Source: Chromatiales bacterium (GTDB lineage: Bacteria; Pseudomonadota; Gammaproteobacteria; JAHELT01). From it: a stretch of DNA of 64,000 bases. The translations under genes were made by a program, and so were the position numbers. Location of the stretch: assembly GCA_024644045.1 (NCBI GenBank), contig JAHELT010000006.1, positions 2,224 to 66,223 of the forward strand. The letters are read 5' to 3'. Shown here piece after piece: positions 1-9,319 of the stretch (positions are counted from its first letter, which is position 1; each line of letters starts with the position of its first letter). The notes beneath the pieces are model-generated. The model was not told where the DNA came from, did no database searches, and was given only the letters and a program-made list of their open reading frames with translations.

Positions 1-139
1 CTTCCAGCATCGACCAGGCGCTCGCCCCGTCGTCCGCTGTCTTCAGGCTGTAGGCGCTGTCGAGGAGATATTCGGAAATGATTTCCTGATTGAGCGGCTC
101 GTCGTCGACGACCAGCAGCGTCGGATTACAATCTGGCAT
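1..139 (-). CDS. response regulator receiver-domain protein (N-terminal part only; gene continues past the window start)
   Basis: The reverse complement of 1-139 reads MPDCNPTLLVVDDEPLNQEIISEYLLDSAYSLKTADDGASAWSMLE, a typical CheY-like receiver N-terminus (LLVVDDE). An AGGGGAAG SD-like run lies just upstream (complement of 142-149). It is absent from the ORF track because the window edge truncates it. Confidence 0.7.
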   Translation of the reverse strand, partial: MPDCNPTLLVVDDEPLNQEIISEYLLDSAYSLKTADDGASAWSMLE

Positions 140-261
140 GACTTCCCCTGCGGCCCGGCGCGAGAACGCTGCGGCGGCTCGCGGCCCCGCGAATAGTCAC
201 TAACAGCGGCAGGGACGATGCCTACTTTAACCGCGCGGCCCCGGGCGCCGGCGAGCACTGC

Positions 262-693
262 TCAGAAAAGCGGCAGTCGCTCCGTCGATTCGTCGATCAG
301 GTAGGCGGACGTTTCCCCGCCGCCGTTGCCCGCGGAGGGCTTCAGCTGCTGGGCGGTGGGCACGCCGGATTTGCGGTGCATGTGAATGAAAAGCTTGGTG
401 CCGGGCTCCTGCTCGAGCACCCCGGTCATCTCCAGCTTGTTGTCGAGCAGCCGCCCGCGCATGCACACGGCAACCCCCGAATCGTCCGCCGACATCGCGG
501 GCGCCGGTTCGCCGTTGTGCAGGCACAGGTTCACCCGTGCGATGAGCTCGTCGCCGGTCCGCTGGTACGTACCTTCGTAGCAGTAGTTGGTATCGCCGCC
601 GTAAACATGGCCGTCGACGAGCACCGCCACACCGGTGCCGAAGTCGCCGTGATTGGTCGCGTACTCGACGGTCCACAATGCTTCTAGCTGCAT
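262..693 (-). CDS. GrlR-like (lipocalin-type beta-barrel) hypothetical protein
   Basis: 143-aa ORF with high GC3. The N-terminal pattern LWTVEY...GTGVAVLVDGHVYGGDTNYCYEGTY resembles the GrlR family signature (G.GV.vl.nG.v.GGD..y.Y.G.Y), recalled from memory and not searched. Confidence 0.6.
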   Translation of the reverse strand: MQLEALWTVEYATNHGDFGTGVAVLVDGHVYGGDTNYCYEGTYQRTGDELIARVNLCLHNGEPAPAMSADDSGVAVCMRGRLLDNKLEMTGVLEQEPGTKLFIHMHRKSGVPTAQQLKPSAGNGGGETSAYLIDESTERLPLF

Positions 694-804
694 GTCCCGG
701 TTCCCTGATCGACTGGGTTGAGTGTGGGGCTGCAGTTAGTATGCCAACGGCCCCGTGGCCGCGCGAAGCGTGCTGACGGGGGCCCCGGCTGCGGGCGCAC
801 GACC

Positions 805-820
805 TGTGACGCGCGTCACA
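805..820. promoter_or_regulatory. perfect CRP/Vfr/Clp-type palindrome TGTGA-CGCGCG-TCACA
   Basis: tgtgacgcgcgtcaca is an exact match to both half-sites of the TGTGA-N6-TCACA consensus. It lies in the divergent intergenic region, 112 nt from the start of the 262-693 gene and 208 nt from the 1028 gene. Confidence 0.5.
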
Positions 821-1027
821 TTACGACAACTGCTTTCCGATCCGACGGACGACAAAGGTAAGATTTCGCCAATACTTGGTGAATAACGCACAGCGTCCGG
901 CGAGGGGCGTCGTCAAGCTTTACAACCGTACAGGCGTGCCCGGTTCGCCGATGGGCGGTAACCCGTCCCGCGAACCCGAAGTGGTAAGCTAACGCCGGAC
1001 CGAACATCGATCAGCAGAGGACCGTCA

Positions 1028-1489
1028 GTGACCGGAGTCATGAGCGAAAAAGTCGTAAACAACCTCAAAACCGCGAGGGACTATCTGTTCGAGCTTTACG
1101 ATCAGGACGACCGCGAGGAGCTCAAGATAGCGCTGCGCCTGGTCAACCGCGAGATACGCCGGCAGAATTCGCCCGAGCGCGACGACGCGCCCGTCTCCAA
1201 CGACGGCAAGCCCTGGAGCAAAGCGGACGACGAGTTCCTGCGCAACAAGCTGGCGCTGCCCACCAAATCGAAGGACGAGGCAAAACGCATTCTGATCGAA
1301 TGCTCCGAGTACCTGCGGCGCACCGACGCCGAGACCTACTCGCGCATCCGCACCCTGCAGCTGCAAACCAACCTGCATGCCTGGGGCAACAAGCCGAAAA
1401 CCCAGTGGCGTACGATGCACGTCAGCCGGGACGAGCCGTCGCTGCCGGGTGCGCTGCAAGACACTTACGGCACCCGCAAAGACAACTGA
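1028..1489 (+). CDS. hypothetical protein with a Myb/SANT-like segment
   Basis: 153-aa ORF. GTG at 1028 is preceded by AGAGGA at 6-nt spacing; an alternative ATG lies at 1040. The segment KPWSKADDEFLRNKLA...SKDEAKRILIECSEYLRRTDAETYSRIRTL looks like a single Myb/SANT-type helix-turn-helix repeat. No family assignment is possible without a search. Confidence 0.6.
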   Translation: MTGVMSEKVVNNLKTARDYLFELYDQDDREELKIALRLVNREIRRQNSPERDDAPVSNDGKPWSKADDEFLRNKLALPTKSKDEAKRILIECSEYLRRTDAETYSRIRTLQLQTNLHAWGNKPKTQWRTMHVSRDEPSLPGALQDTYGTRKDN

Positions 1490-1573
1490 CGCGGACACGC
1501 TCCTCAACCCGGCCGCTGGCGGACGGCCGCTTACCGGCGCCTGGCCAAGGTATGCGATAATCCGCGCCGGGTT

Positions 1574-2473
1574 ATGAATACGACCTCGCAAACCAGATGT
1601 GCGGTGATGTTCAGCGATGTCGCCGGCAGCACCCAGCTTTACGAACAGCTCGGCGACGCCGAGGCAAAACGCGTTGTCAGCACGTGCCTCGCGCAGCTGG
1701 CGGACGTGACCCAGAAACAGGGCGGCACGGTCATCAAGACGATCGGCGATGAACTGATGTGCCGGTTTCCAACGGCTGATGCGGCCGTCAGCGCAGCCCG
1801 GGTCATGCAGGAAATCGTGCAAAGCTCGAGCACCGGCCAGCAGTCGCGCCCCAGCATCCGGACCGGCCTGCACTACGGCGCCGTGATCGAGGACGAGGGC
1901 GATGTGTTCGGCGATGCGGTCAACCTCGCCGCGCGCATGGCAAGCGTCGCCCGCGGCGGTCAGATCATCACCACCCAGACAACGGTGGCCGAACTGTCGC
2001 CGCAGCTCGCCTCGGCCACCCGCCCGTTCGATATCGCTAAGGTGAAGGGCAAGCGCGACGAGATCGCGATCTACGAGGTGCTGTGGGATTCCGACGAGGA
2101 AGTCACCCGGATGGCCACCAAGCTGATGGCTCGCGGTCAGGTGAAGGATGGCAGCCTGACGGTCAGGTTCGCCGATGCCAGCCACGCGATCGACGCCGGT
2201 GAGGGCTCGCTTTCGTTCGGGCGCGACGCCCACTGCGACGTGGTGATCGATACCGATCTGGCCTCCCGACGCCACGCGCATTGTGTTTTCCGGCGCGGGA
2301 AGTACGTGCTGGTCGACACCAGCACCAATGGCACCTACGTGCGCATCGGCGACAAGGAGGACGTGTACCTGCGCCGCGAAGAATTCATCCTGCACGGGGA
2401 TGGGGTGTTCTGCCTCGGGCAGAAAGTCACCGATGCCGACCCGTCGACGTGGGTCCATTTCAGTTGCCGCTGA
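1574..2473 (+). CDS. class III adenylate/guanylate cyclase with C-terminal FHA domain
   Basis: Cyclase motifs are FSDVAGST, KTIGDELM and GDAVNLAARM. The C-terminal FHA pattern is SFGRDAHCDVVIDTDLASRRHA...VDTSTNGTYV (G-R...S-x-x-H...N-G). Confidence 0.9.
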   Translation: MNTTSQTRCAVMFSDVAGSTQLYEQLGDAEAKRVVSTCLAQLADVTQKQGGTVIKTIGDELMCRFPTADAAVSAARVMQEIVQSSSTGQQSRPSIRTGLHYGAVIEDEGDVFGDAVNLAARMASVARGGQIITTQTTVAELSPQLASATRPFDIAKVKGKRDEIAIYEVLWDSDEEVTRMATKLMARGQVKDGSLTVRFADASHAIDAGEGSLSFGRDAHCDVVIDTDLASRRHAHCVFRRGKYVLVDTSTNGTYVRIGDKEDVYLRREEFILHGDGVFCLGQKVTDADPSTWVHFSCR

Positions 2474-2530
2474 GGCGGCAAAAACCGGCGCGCCGCTCAA
2501 GCTCAACCCTCACCCTGCCGCAACACGGCC

Positions 2531-5500
2531 GTGAACCCTGACTTTCATCACAAAGCACTGCCGAAGGGCGACCGGCTGCACTGGTACCGCATCGAGAGCA
2601 TCCTCGGGCAGGGCGGCTTCGGGATCACCTATCTCGCCGAGGACACCAATCTGGAGCAGCGGGTCGCGATCAAGGAGTACCTGCCCAACGAGCTCGCAGT
2701 ACGCGTCGACGACACCACCGTGCAGCCGATTTCCGAAGACCACGACAAGATGTACCGCTGGGGGCTGGACCGCTTTCTGAAAGAAGCCAAGACGCTGGCC
2801 AGGTTCAAACACCCCAACATCGTGCGCGTGCAGAGCTTCTTCGAGCAGAACAACACCGCGTACATGGTCATGGAGTACGAGGAAGGGCAGAGTCTGGCGC
2901 AGCTGATCAAAACCGGTAAACTGCGCGGCGAGAAAGCGCTGCTCGCATTGCTCGACCCCATTCTCGACGGGCTGGGCAAGGTGCACGAAGCCGGGTTCAT
3001 TCACCGCGACATCAAGCCCGACAACATTTTCATCCGCAGCGACGGCTCCCCTGTGCTGCTGGACTTCGGCTCGGCCCGGCACGCCATGAGCGGACACACG
3101 CGCACGCTCACCAGCCTGGTGACGCCCGGCTATGCGCCCTTCGAGCAGTACCACGACGGGGAAGGCAAACAGGGCCCGTGGACCGACGTGTATGGCATGG
3201 GCGCAACCGTTTACCGGGCGATTGCCGGCAAGGCACCGATTGAGGCCATCAAGCGTGTCATGGCGCGCGCCAACCACGCAACCGACCCGTACCTGCCGCT
3301 GGCGGACCTGAAGGCCGGCGAGTACTCGGAGCACTTCCTCGACGCGATCGATTGCGCGCTGCGTTTCAACGGGGAGGATCGTCCGCAGACGGCGCTGAGC
3401 TGGCTCGGCATGCTGCACGGCACCGCACCGGTGCCGCCGGAGCCGGAGCGCCTCGCGCCGCCACGCCAGCCCTCGGACGCCGGTGCCGCACCGACTGTAG
3501 CGCAACCCACGCTGCCGCAGACCGGCGGGGCCGACGAGATAATCGATCTCGGCGATCCGCAGACGTTCGGCCCGGTGCAGCAGGCACGCACCGAGCGCAC
3601 CGCCGTCCTCACCGAACCGGAACCGCCGCCGGCGGCGCAGCCCGCCAAGGCTGCGGCCGCGCCGCGCCGCACCGGGTTGTGGATCGGTCTGACCGCCGCG
3701 GTCGCCCTGATTGCCGGGGCGGTTGCGCTGTGGTTCGTGCAGAGGCAACCGGAAACAGCGCAGCGCGAAGCGGCGCAGCCCGTGGCTGAGGTACCGCCGG
3801 CGGGCCCGGTCGCGGCGGCACAACCGATCGACGAGCTGCTGCGCGCGGCAAAGGACGCCACCAACGCCGGCCGTCTCACCACGCCGGAGGGCCAGAGCGC
3901 ATTGGACTACTACCGCCGCGTCCTGCAGCTGGATGCGGCCAACGCCAAAGCGCAACGCAGCATCGCAACCCTGCTCGAGCTTCACATCACGGCGGCCAAC
4001 CGCGCGATCAACGAACGCGACCTGACCACGGCACGGGCCCAGATCCGCGGTGCCGCGCGCATCAATCCGCAGGCGCTGGAGGTACGCCTGGCCGAGGAGA
4101 AGCTGGCCGCCGCCGAGACCCGGATCCGCAACGAGGCGCGTGTCGTCACACTGCTGGGGGAGGCGGACCGGCTGGTCGGGGAACAACGCTTCGCCGAGGC
4201 GATCGCCAGGTTCCAGAGCGTGCAGAAGCTCGACCCCAACAACGTCGCGGCGGATACCGGCATCCGCGGCGCGAAGCAAGGCCAGGCGAAGATGCGCGCC
4301 GCCCTCGAGCGCAAGGAGAAGGAAACGCGTATCGCAAAGCTCCTGGGCGAAGCCGACCGGCTGCTCGGCCAGCAGAATTTCGACGCCGCGGCGGCCGCCT
4401 ACCGTCAGGTCACCGATCTCGACGGGTCCAACGCGAAGGCCCAGGCCGGGATACAGGCGGCGGAGCAGAAAATCGCCGAGCGCGAAGGCGTGCAGCGGGT
4501 CGAAGCATTGCTCGGCGAAGCAAAGCAGCTGTCGGCGGACGGCGAGTACCAGGACGCGATCGGCCGCTTCCGTGAGGTGCTCGCACTGGACAGCGCCAAC
4601 GCGGCGGCGGCGAGCGGCATCGAAGACACCGAGCGGAAGCTGCAGGCGCAGAAGAAGCAACAGCGTGCCGTGGCTTTGCTCAACGAGGCGGCCGCGTTCG
4701 CCGCGGCAAACGACTTCGAGAAGGCGATCAACCGCTACGAACAGGCGCTCGCGCTCGACCCGGGCGATGCCGCAGCCGCGAAGGGCATGCAGAATGCCAG
4801 AGCCCAGTTACGCGCGCGCCAGAGCGCTCAGGCGCAGGACCAGCGCGTCCAGCGCGTCGAAAAATCCCTGACCGAAGGCGAACGGCAACTGAAGGCGAAG
4901 CGCTACGCCAAGGCACAGAACGCGTTCCAGGCCGCGCTGAAGCTCGACGGCGATAACCAGCGCGCCAAAGACGGTCTGGCGAGGGCGGAGAAATCGCTCG
5001 CCGCCGCGCAACTCGAGCAGCGCGTCGACCGGCTGCTGGCCCAGGGACAGCAGCATCTGAGAGCCAGGCGCTGGAGCAAAGCCGAGGACGCCTACCGCTC
5101 AGCGCTGCAGCTCGATGCGGGCAACGACGCCGCCAAAGCCGCACTCGCCAGTGTGCAGCAGGCAAAGACCGAAGCAAGCGCCAAGCAGCCCTACACACTG
5201 GCGATTCTGCCGTGGACGCTGCGCGGCACGGACAACTACGAGCAGTCGATATTCGGTGGCCTGCAGCAGGCGCTGCAGGCGCGCGGCAAGAGCGTACGTT
5301 TGACGCATTCCCATTACCGCGATTTCGATGCCGCCCGCGGCACCAAGCAGCTCACGGCCAGCGGCATCAGCCGCGGTGACTTGAACCAGGTCTGGGTAAA
5401 ACAGCAGGGCCTGTTCTCCGAAGCCACGCTCAGCGAGAAAGGCGCACGCGCGATCGCCAAGCGGCTGGGCGTCGACGCGGTGCTTCTGGCGCGCGTCTCG

Positions 5501-5665
5501 ATCGCCGCCGAGACGGCGTCCATCAACCTGCACTTCTTCGACCAGCGCAACGGCAAATCGAAAACAGCCTCCGGTGAGTTTCACTTCCCGGTGTGGGGCT
5601 ACCACGCCGAATCGGCGGCGCGGATCAGGGCGCTGGTTCTAGAGGTGCTGCCCAGCCGGATCTGA
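2531..5665 (+). CDS. receptor Ser/Thr protein kinase (kinase domain, one TM helix, TPR-like repeat array, C-terminal globular domain)
   Basis: Hanks kinase motifs are GQGGFGITYLA, VAIKEY, HRDIKPDNIF, DFGSAR and TPGYAPFEQ. The TM helix is LWIGLTAAVALIAGAVALWF (about aa 383-402). Six 56-63-aa repeats follow. The start is GTG. Confidence 0.9.
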   Translation: MNPDFHHKALPKGDRLHWYRIESILGQGGFGITYLAEDTNLEQRVAIKEYLPNELAVRVDDTTVQPISEDHDKMYRWGLDRFLKEAKTLARFKHPNIVRVQSFFEQNNTAYMVMEYEEGQSLAQLIKTGKLRGEKALLALLDPILDGLGKVHEAGFIHRDIKPDNIFIRSDGSPVLLDFGSARHAMSGHTRTLTSLVTPGYAPFEQYHDGEGKQGPWTDVYGMGATVYRAIAGKAPIEAIKRVMARANHATDPYLPLADLKAGEYSEHFLDAIDCALRFNGEDRPQTALSWLGMLHGTAPVPPEPERLAPPRQPSDAGAAPTVAQPTLPQTGGADEIIDLGDPQTFGPVQQARTERTAVLTEPEPPPAAQPAKAAAAPRRTGLWIGLTAAVALIAGAVALWFVQRQPETAQREAAQPVAEVPPAGPVAAAQPIDELLRAAKDATNAGRLTTPEGQSALDYYRRVLQLDAANAKAQRSIATLLELHITAANRAINERDLTTARAQIRGAARINPQALEVRLAEEKLAAAETRIRNEARVVTLLGEADRLVGEQRFAEAIARFQSVQKLDPNNVAADTGIRGAKQGQAKMRAALERKEKETRIAKLLGEADRLLGQQNFDAAAAAYRQVTDLDGSNAKAQAGIQAAEQKIAEREGVQRVEALLGEAKQLSADGEYQDAIGRFREVLALDSANAAAASGIEDTERKLQAQKKQQRAVALLNEAAAFAAANDFEKAINRYEQALALDPGDAAAAKGMQNARAQLRARQSAQAQDQRVQRVEKSLTEGERQLKAKRYAKAQNAFQAALKLDGDNQRAKDGLARAEKSLAAAQLEQRVDRLLAQGQQHLRARRWSKAEDAYRSALQLDAGNDAAKAALASVQQAKTEASAKQPYTLAILPWTLRGTDNYEQSIFGGLQQALQARGKSVRLTHSHYRDFDAARGTKQLTASGISRGDLNQVWVKQQGLFSEATLSEKGARAIAKRLGVDAVLLARVSIAAETASINLHFFDQRNGKSKTASGEFHFPVWGYHAESAARIRALVLEVLPSRI

Positions 5666-6244
5666 ACACCGTCCGGCGCGCCGGATCCCTTCGTCAAGGT
5701 CGCTCCCTGGTTCAGCGGTGTGGACGGTTACGTTGACGCGCAAAACGCTGGTAGCGCCCGTCGGGGGATCCTCGCGGGCTGTCATGCTGTCGTCAGTCTC
5801 CGCCCTGCCCGCATAGTCAGCTCACGGCGCAGGGCGCGACGCGGAGCCCGCAGGGTTATGGTACGGAACTTGCGCTCGCATCAGCAAAATCCATATCTGG
5901 GAGAAGTTGATGGAGGCGTCTTATCGAAAGGTGTTACTCACCGCGCTGCTGTTTGCATTGAGCCTCGCGCTGCTGCTCCAGCTCTAGCGCCGCGTCGACC
6001 CTGCCCTGGCCGACCATGCCGAATAAGCCGCCGCAGGCACACTGCGCGGCCTGTGACGTCAACCACCGGCGCGCGTAGTGCCGGGCTGCGTAGCGCCGCC
6101 CGGATGCCGCAACGCCGGTCGGTGCGCGCCGCCGGAACCCGATCGCCGGCGTAGAGAACCCGCAGCGCGCGTCCGGCCGCAGGCACCGCACCGGCCGAGC
6201 CTCTGTTACCATGCGCGCCGCACAGTAACTGCGGGCCATCACGC

Positions 6245-6805
6245 GTGGAAACGATCGAACCAAGACTCGCGAACGGCGCACCGCCGGCCAGCGCCGAATC
6301 GGTTCTCGACAGACTGAGTGAGCTCGGTGTGCGTCATCGAACCGTGCAGCACGCGCCGCTGCGCACGGTGGCCGATTCCAAGGCGCACCGGCACGACCCG
6401 CACGGCGGGTACTCGAAGAATCTTTTCCTGCGCAACAAGAAGGGGCGCATGTGGCTGGTCACGCTGCATGAAGACCGACAGGTAGACCTCAAGGCACTCG
6501 GCGCGCATATCGGGGCCGGGCGGGTTTCGTTCGCCAGTGCGCAGCGCCTGATGGACTATCTCGGCGTGGCGCCTGGCGCCGTGACGCCGCTCGCGGTGAT
6601 CAACGACCACGGCAATCAGGTCAGCGCGATCATGGATACCGGGCTGCTACGCTTTGCGACGGTTCACTTTCACCCCTGCGACAATTCGCTCACCACGACG
6701 CTGAACAGCCAGGACCTGCTGCGCTTCATGCGCGCCTGCGCTCACGACCCGCAGCTGATCGACTTCGATGACTTCGTGGCCGCACCCGCGGCGGCGGGAC
6801 GCTAG
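6245..6805 (+). CDS. proX: YbaK/ProX-type aminoacyl-tRNA deacylase (prolyl-tRNA editing domain protein)
   Basis: 186-aa ORF. The segments HAPLRTVADS, KNLFLRNKKG, GVAPGAVTPL and VHFHPCDNSLTT fit the ProX/YbaK family pattern. The start is GTG. Confidence 0.8.
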   Translation: METIEPRLANGAPPASAESVLDRLSELGVRHRTVQHAPLRTVADSKAHRHDPHGGYSKNLFLRNKKGRMWLVTLHEDRQVDLKALGAHIGAGRVSFASAQRLMDYLGVAPGAVTPLAVINDHGNQVSAIMDTGLLRFATVHFHPCDNSLTTTLNSQDLLRFMRACAHDPQLIDFDDFVAAPAAAGR

Positions 6806-7041
6806 CCTGCATATTGCACGAAGGATAACTCCGGGCATCCCTGCGCCCTGCGGGCCAGCGACTCGCTGTTCAAATTGTTCCAGACAATTCAATCGATTCT
6901 CGGGGACAATGTGGCTGAGCAGATCGGACTATCGCCTGCGCAAGCATAGCCGGACCAGGGTGCAAAGGGGATCGTTCCATCTGCAACGCCGGATTTTTTC
7001 CTGAAAGTGAACAGGTACCAAGCGTCCCTCGGCAATATTGC
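6802..7041. repeat. intergenic repeat element, copy A (second copy at 51593-51847)
   Basis: It shares long identical blocks with 51593-51847 in the same order and orientation: ctccgggcatccctgcgccctgcgggccagc (31 nt), gctgttcaaattgttccagacaattca (27 nt), tggctgag, ggatcgttc and tttttcctgaaagtgaacagg (21 nt). It begins at the TAG stop of proX. Confidence 0.65.
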
Positions 7042-7182
7042 TCAAACAGATGCTCAACAGTCTGATTCGACTGACAAACGCGCACGCTCGGAACCGCCTT
7101 CATGCAATAGGCGGGCTAGCGCGACCGCAAAGGCCGCACAGCGTGTACACTTTGCTGGGACCACACCGTGGAGGACGAGACC

Positions 7183-8016
7183 TTGAGTAAGCCCGTGGTA
7201 ATCACCTGCGCCATCACCGGGTCGCAAACCAGAAAATCGATGAACCCGGCGGTGCCGATCACGCCCAGCGAGCAGATCGAGTCGACGCATGAAGCCTTCG
7301 AGGCGGGATCCACGCTGGTGCACGTGCACGTCCGCAATCCCGACGAGACGTCATCGTCGGACCCGGGCCTGTTCGCGCAGGTGCAGGAAGGCATACGCAG
7401 GCACTGCCCCGGGATGATTGTGCAGTTCTCCACCGGCGGCCGCGGCCGTGACTCTGCCGAGCGTGGCAAGCCGCTGCACCTGCGCCCTGACATGGCGTCC
7501 CTCGCCACCGGCTCGGTCAACTTCGCGACGGTGATCTACGACAACGCACCGCCGCTGGTGGACGAGCTGGCGCAGGCCATGCTCGAGTTCGACGTCAAAC
7601 CCGAGATCGAGGTGTTCGATCTGGCGATGCTGTACAACGCCAGAGACCTGCTGGACCGGGGCCTGGTCAAGGCGCCCCTGCACGTGCAGTTCGTCATGGG
7701 CATCAAGAACGCGCTGCCGGCCAAACGCCACCTGCTCGAGTTCCTGGTGGCTGAACTGCACGACGTCATGCCGGACGCCACCTGGGTCGCGGCCGGCGTC
7801 GGCCGGCACCAGTTCGAAGTCGCCCAATGGTGCGCGGAGCTGGGCGGCCACATCCGGGTGGGCCTGGAAGACGGCGTGCGCGTGTCCAGGGAACGTCTTG
7901 CGAAGAGCAACGCCGACATGGTCGAGCGCGCGGTGGAAATCTGCGCAGCCCTGGGCCGCGCGGCGGCGACGCCTGAGCAGGCGCGTGAAATGCTGTCCCT
8001 CAAAGCAGCCGCGTGA
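7183..8016 (+). CDS. 3-keto-5-aminohexanoate cleavage enzyme family (BKACE/DUF849) protein
   Basis: Motifs VVITCAITG, VHVHVRNP and RVGLEDG are BKACE metal-ligand motifs. TTG at 7183 is preceded by GGAGGA (7170-7175) at 7-nt spacing. The ORF-track start GTG at 7168 is the alternative. Confidence 0.85.
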   Translation: MSKPVVITCAITGSQTRKSMNPAVPITPSEQIESTHEAFEAGSTLVHVHVRNPDETSSSDPGLFAQVQEGIRRHCPGMIVQFSTGGRGRDSAERGKPLHLRPDMASLATGSVNFATVIYDNAPPLVDELAQAMLEFDVKPEIEVFDLAMLYNARDLLDRGLVKAPLHVQFVMGIKNALPAKRHLLEFLVAELHDVMPDATWVAAGVGRHQFEVAQWCAELGGHIRVGLEDGVRVSRERLAKSNADMVERAVEICAALGRAAATPEQAREMLSLKAAA

Positions 8017-8022
8017 GGGCAC

Positions 8023-9279
<1,257 letters not shown>

Positions 9280-9319
9280 TCATCTGCCCGGGTCCGCTAC
9301 CCCTTCCGAGCGGGCGCTG

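Noticed and set aside
1025-4660. Very long minus-strand ORFs (1025-2506, 493 aa; 2510-4660, 716 aa) opposite the cyclase and kinase genes
   Set aside because: They are Arg/Ala/Gly/Leu-rich with no recognisable motifs. They lie exactly antisense to genes with clear family signatures. Such shadow ORFs are expected in GC-rich DNA.
5934-6281. 115-aa minus-strand ORF, plus a CGACGRT motif in a neighbouring frame that recalls DUF1289 Fe-S proteins
   Set aside because: The motif is isolated and sits in a frame closed by stop codons. The long frame is Arg-rich with no family pattern. It is kept only as part of the gene-poor region finding.
6858-6890. tRNA T-loop-like GTTCAAAT inside the repeat, raising the possibility of a tRNA or tRNA fragment
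   Set aside because: The flanking bases (cgctg / tgttc) cannot form a T-stem. No acceptor or anticodon arm can be drawn.
6768-7103. Short ORFs inside the two repeat copies with similar ends: 6870-7103 and 51661-51849 both end ..ELSGTI, and 6768-7004 and 51653-51844 share FSG..WLSR
   Set aside because: The similarity follows the nucleotide alignment, not a reading frame. A 1-nt indel between the copies shifts the frame mid-element, so the resemblance reflects DNA repeat identity rather than a conserved protein.
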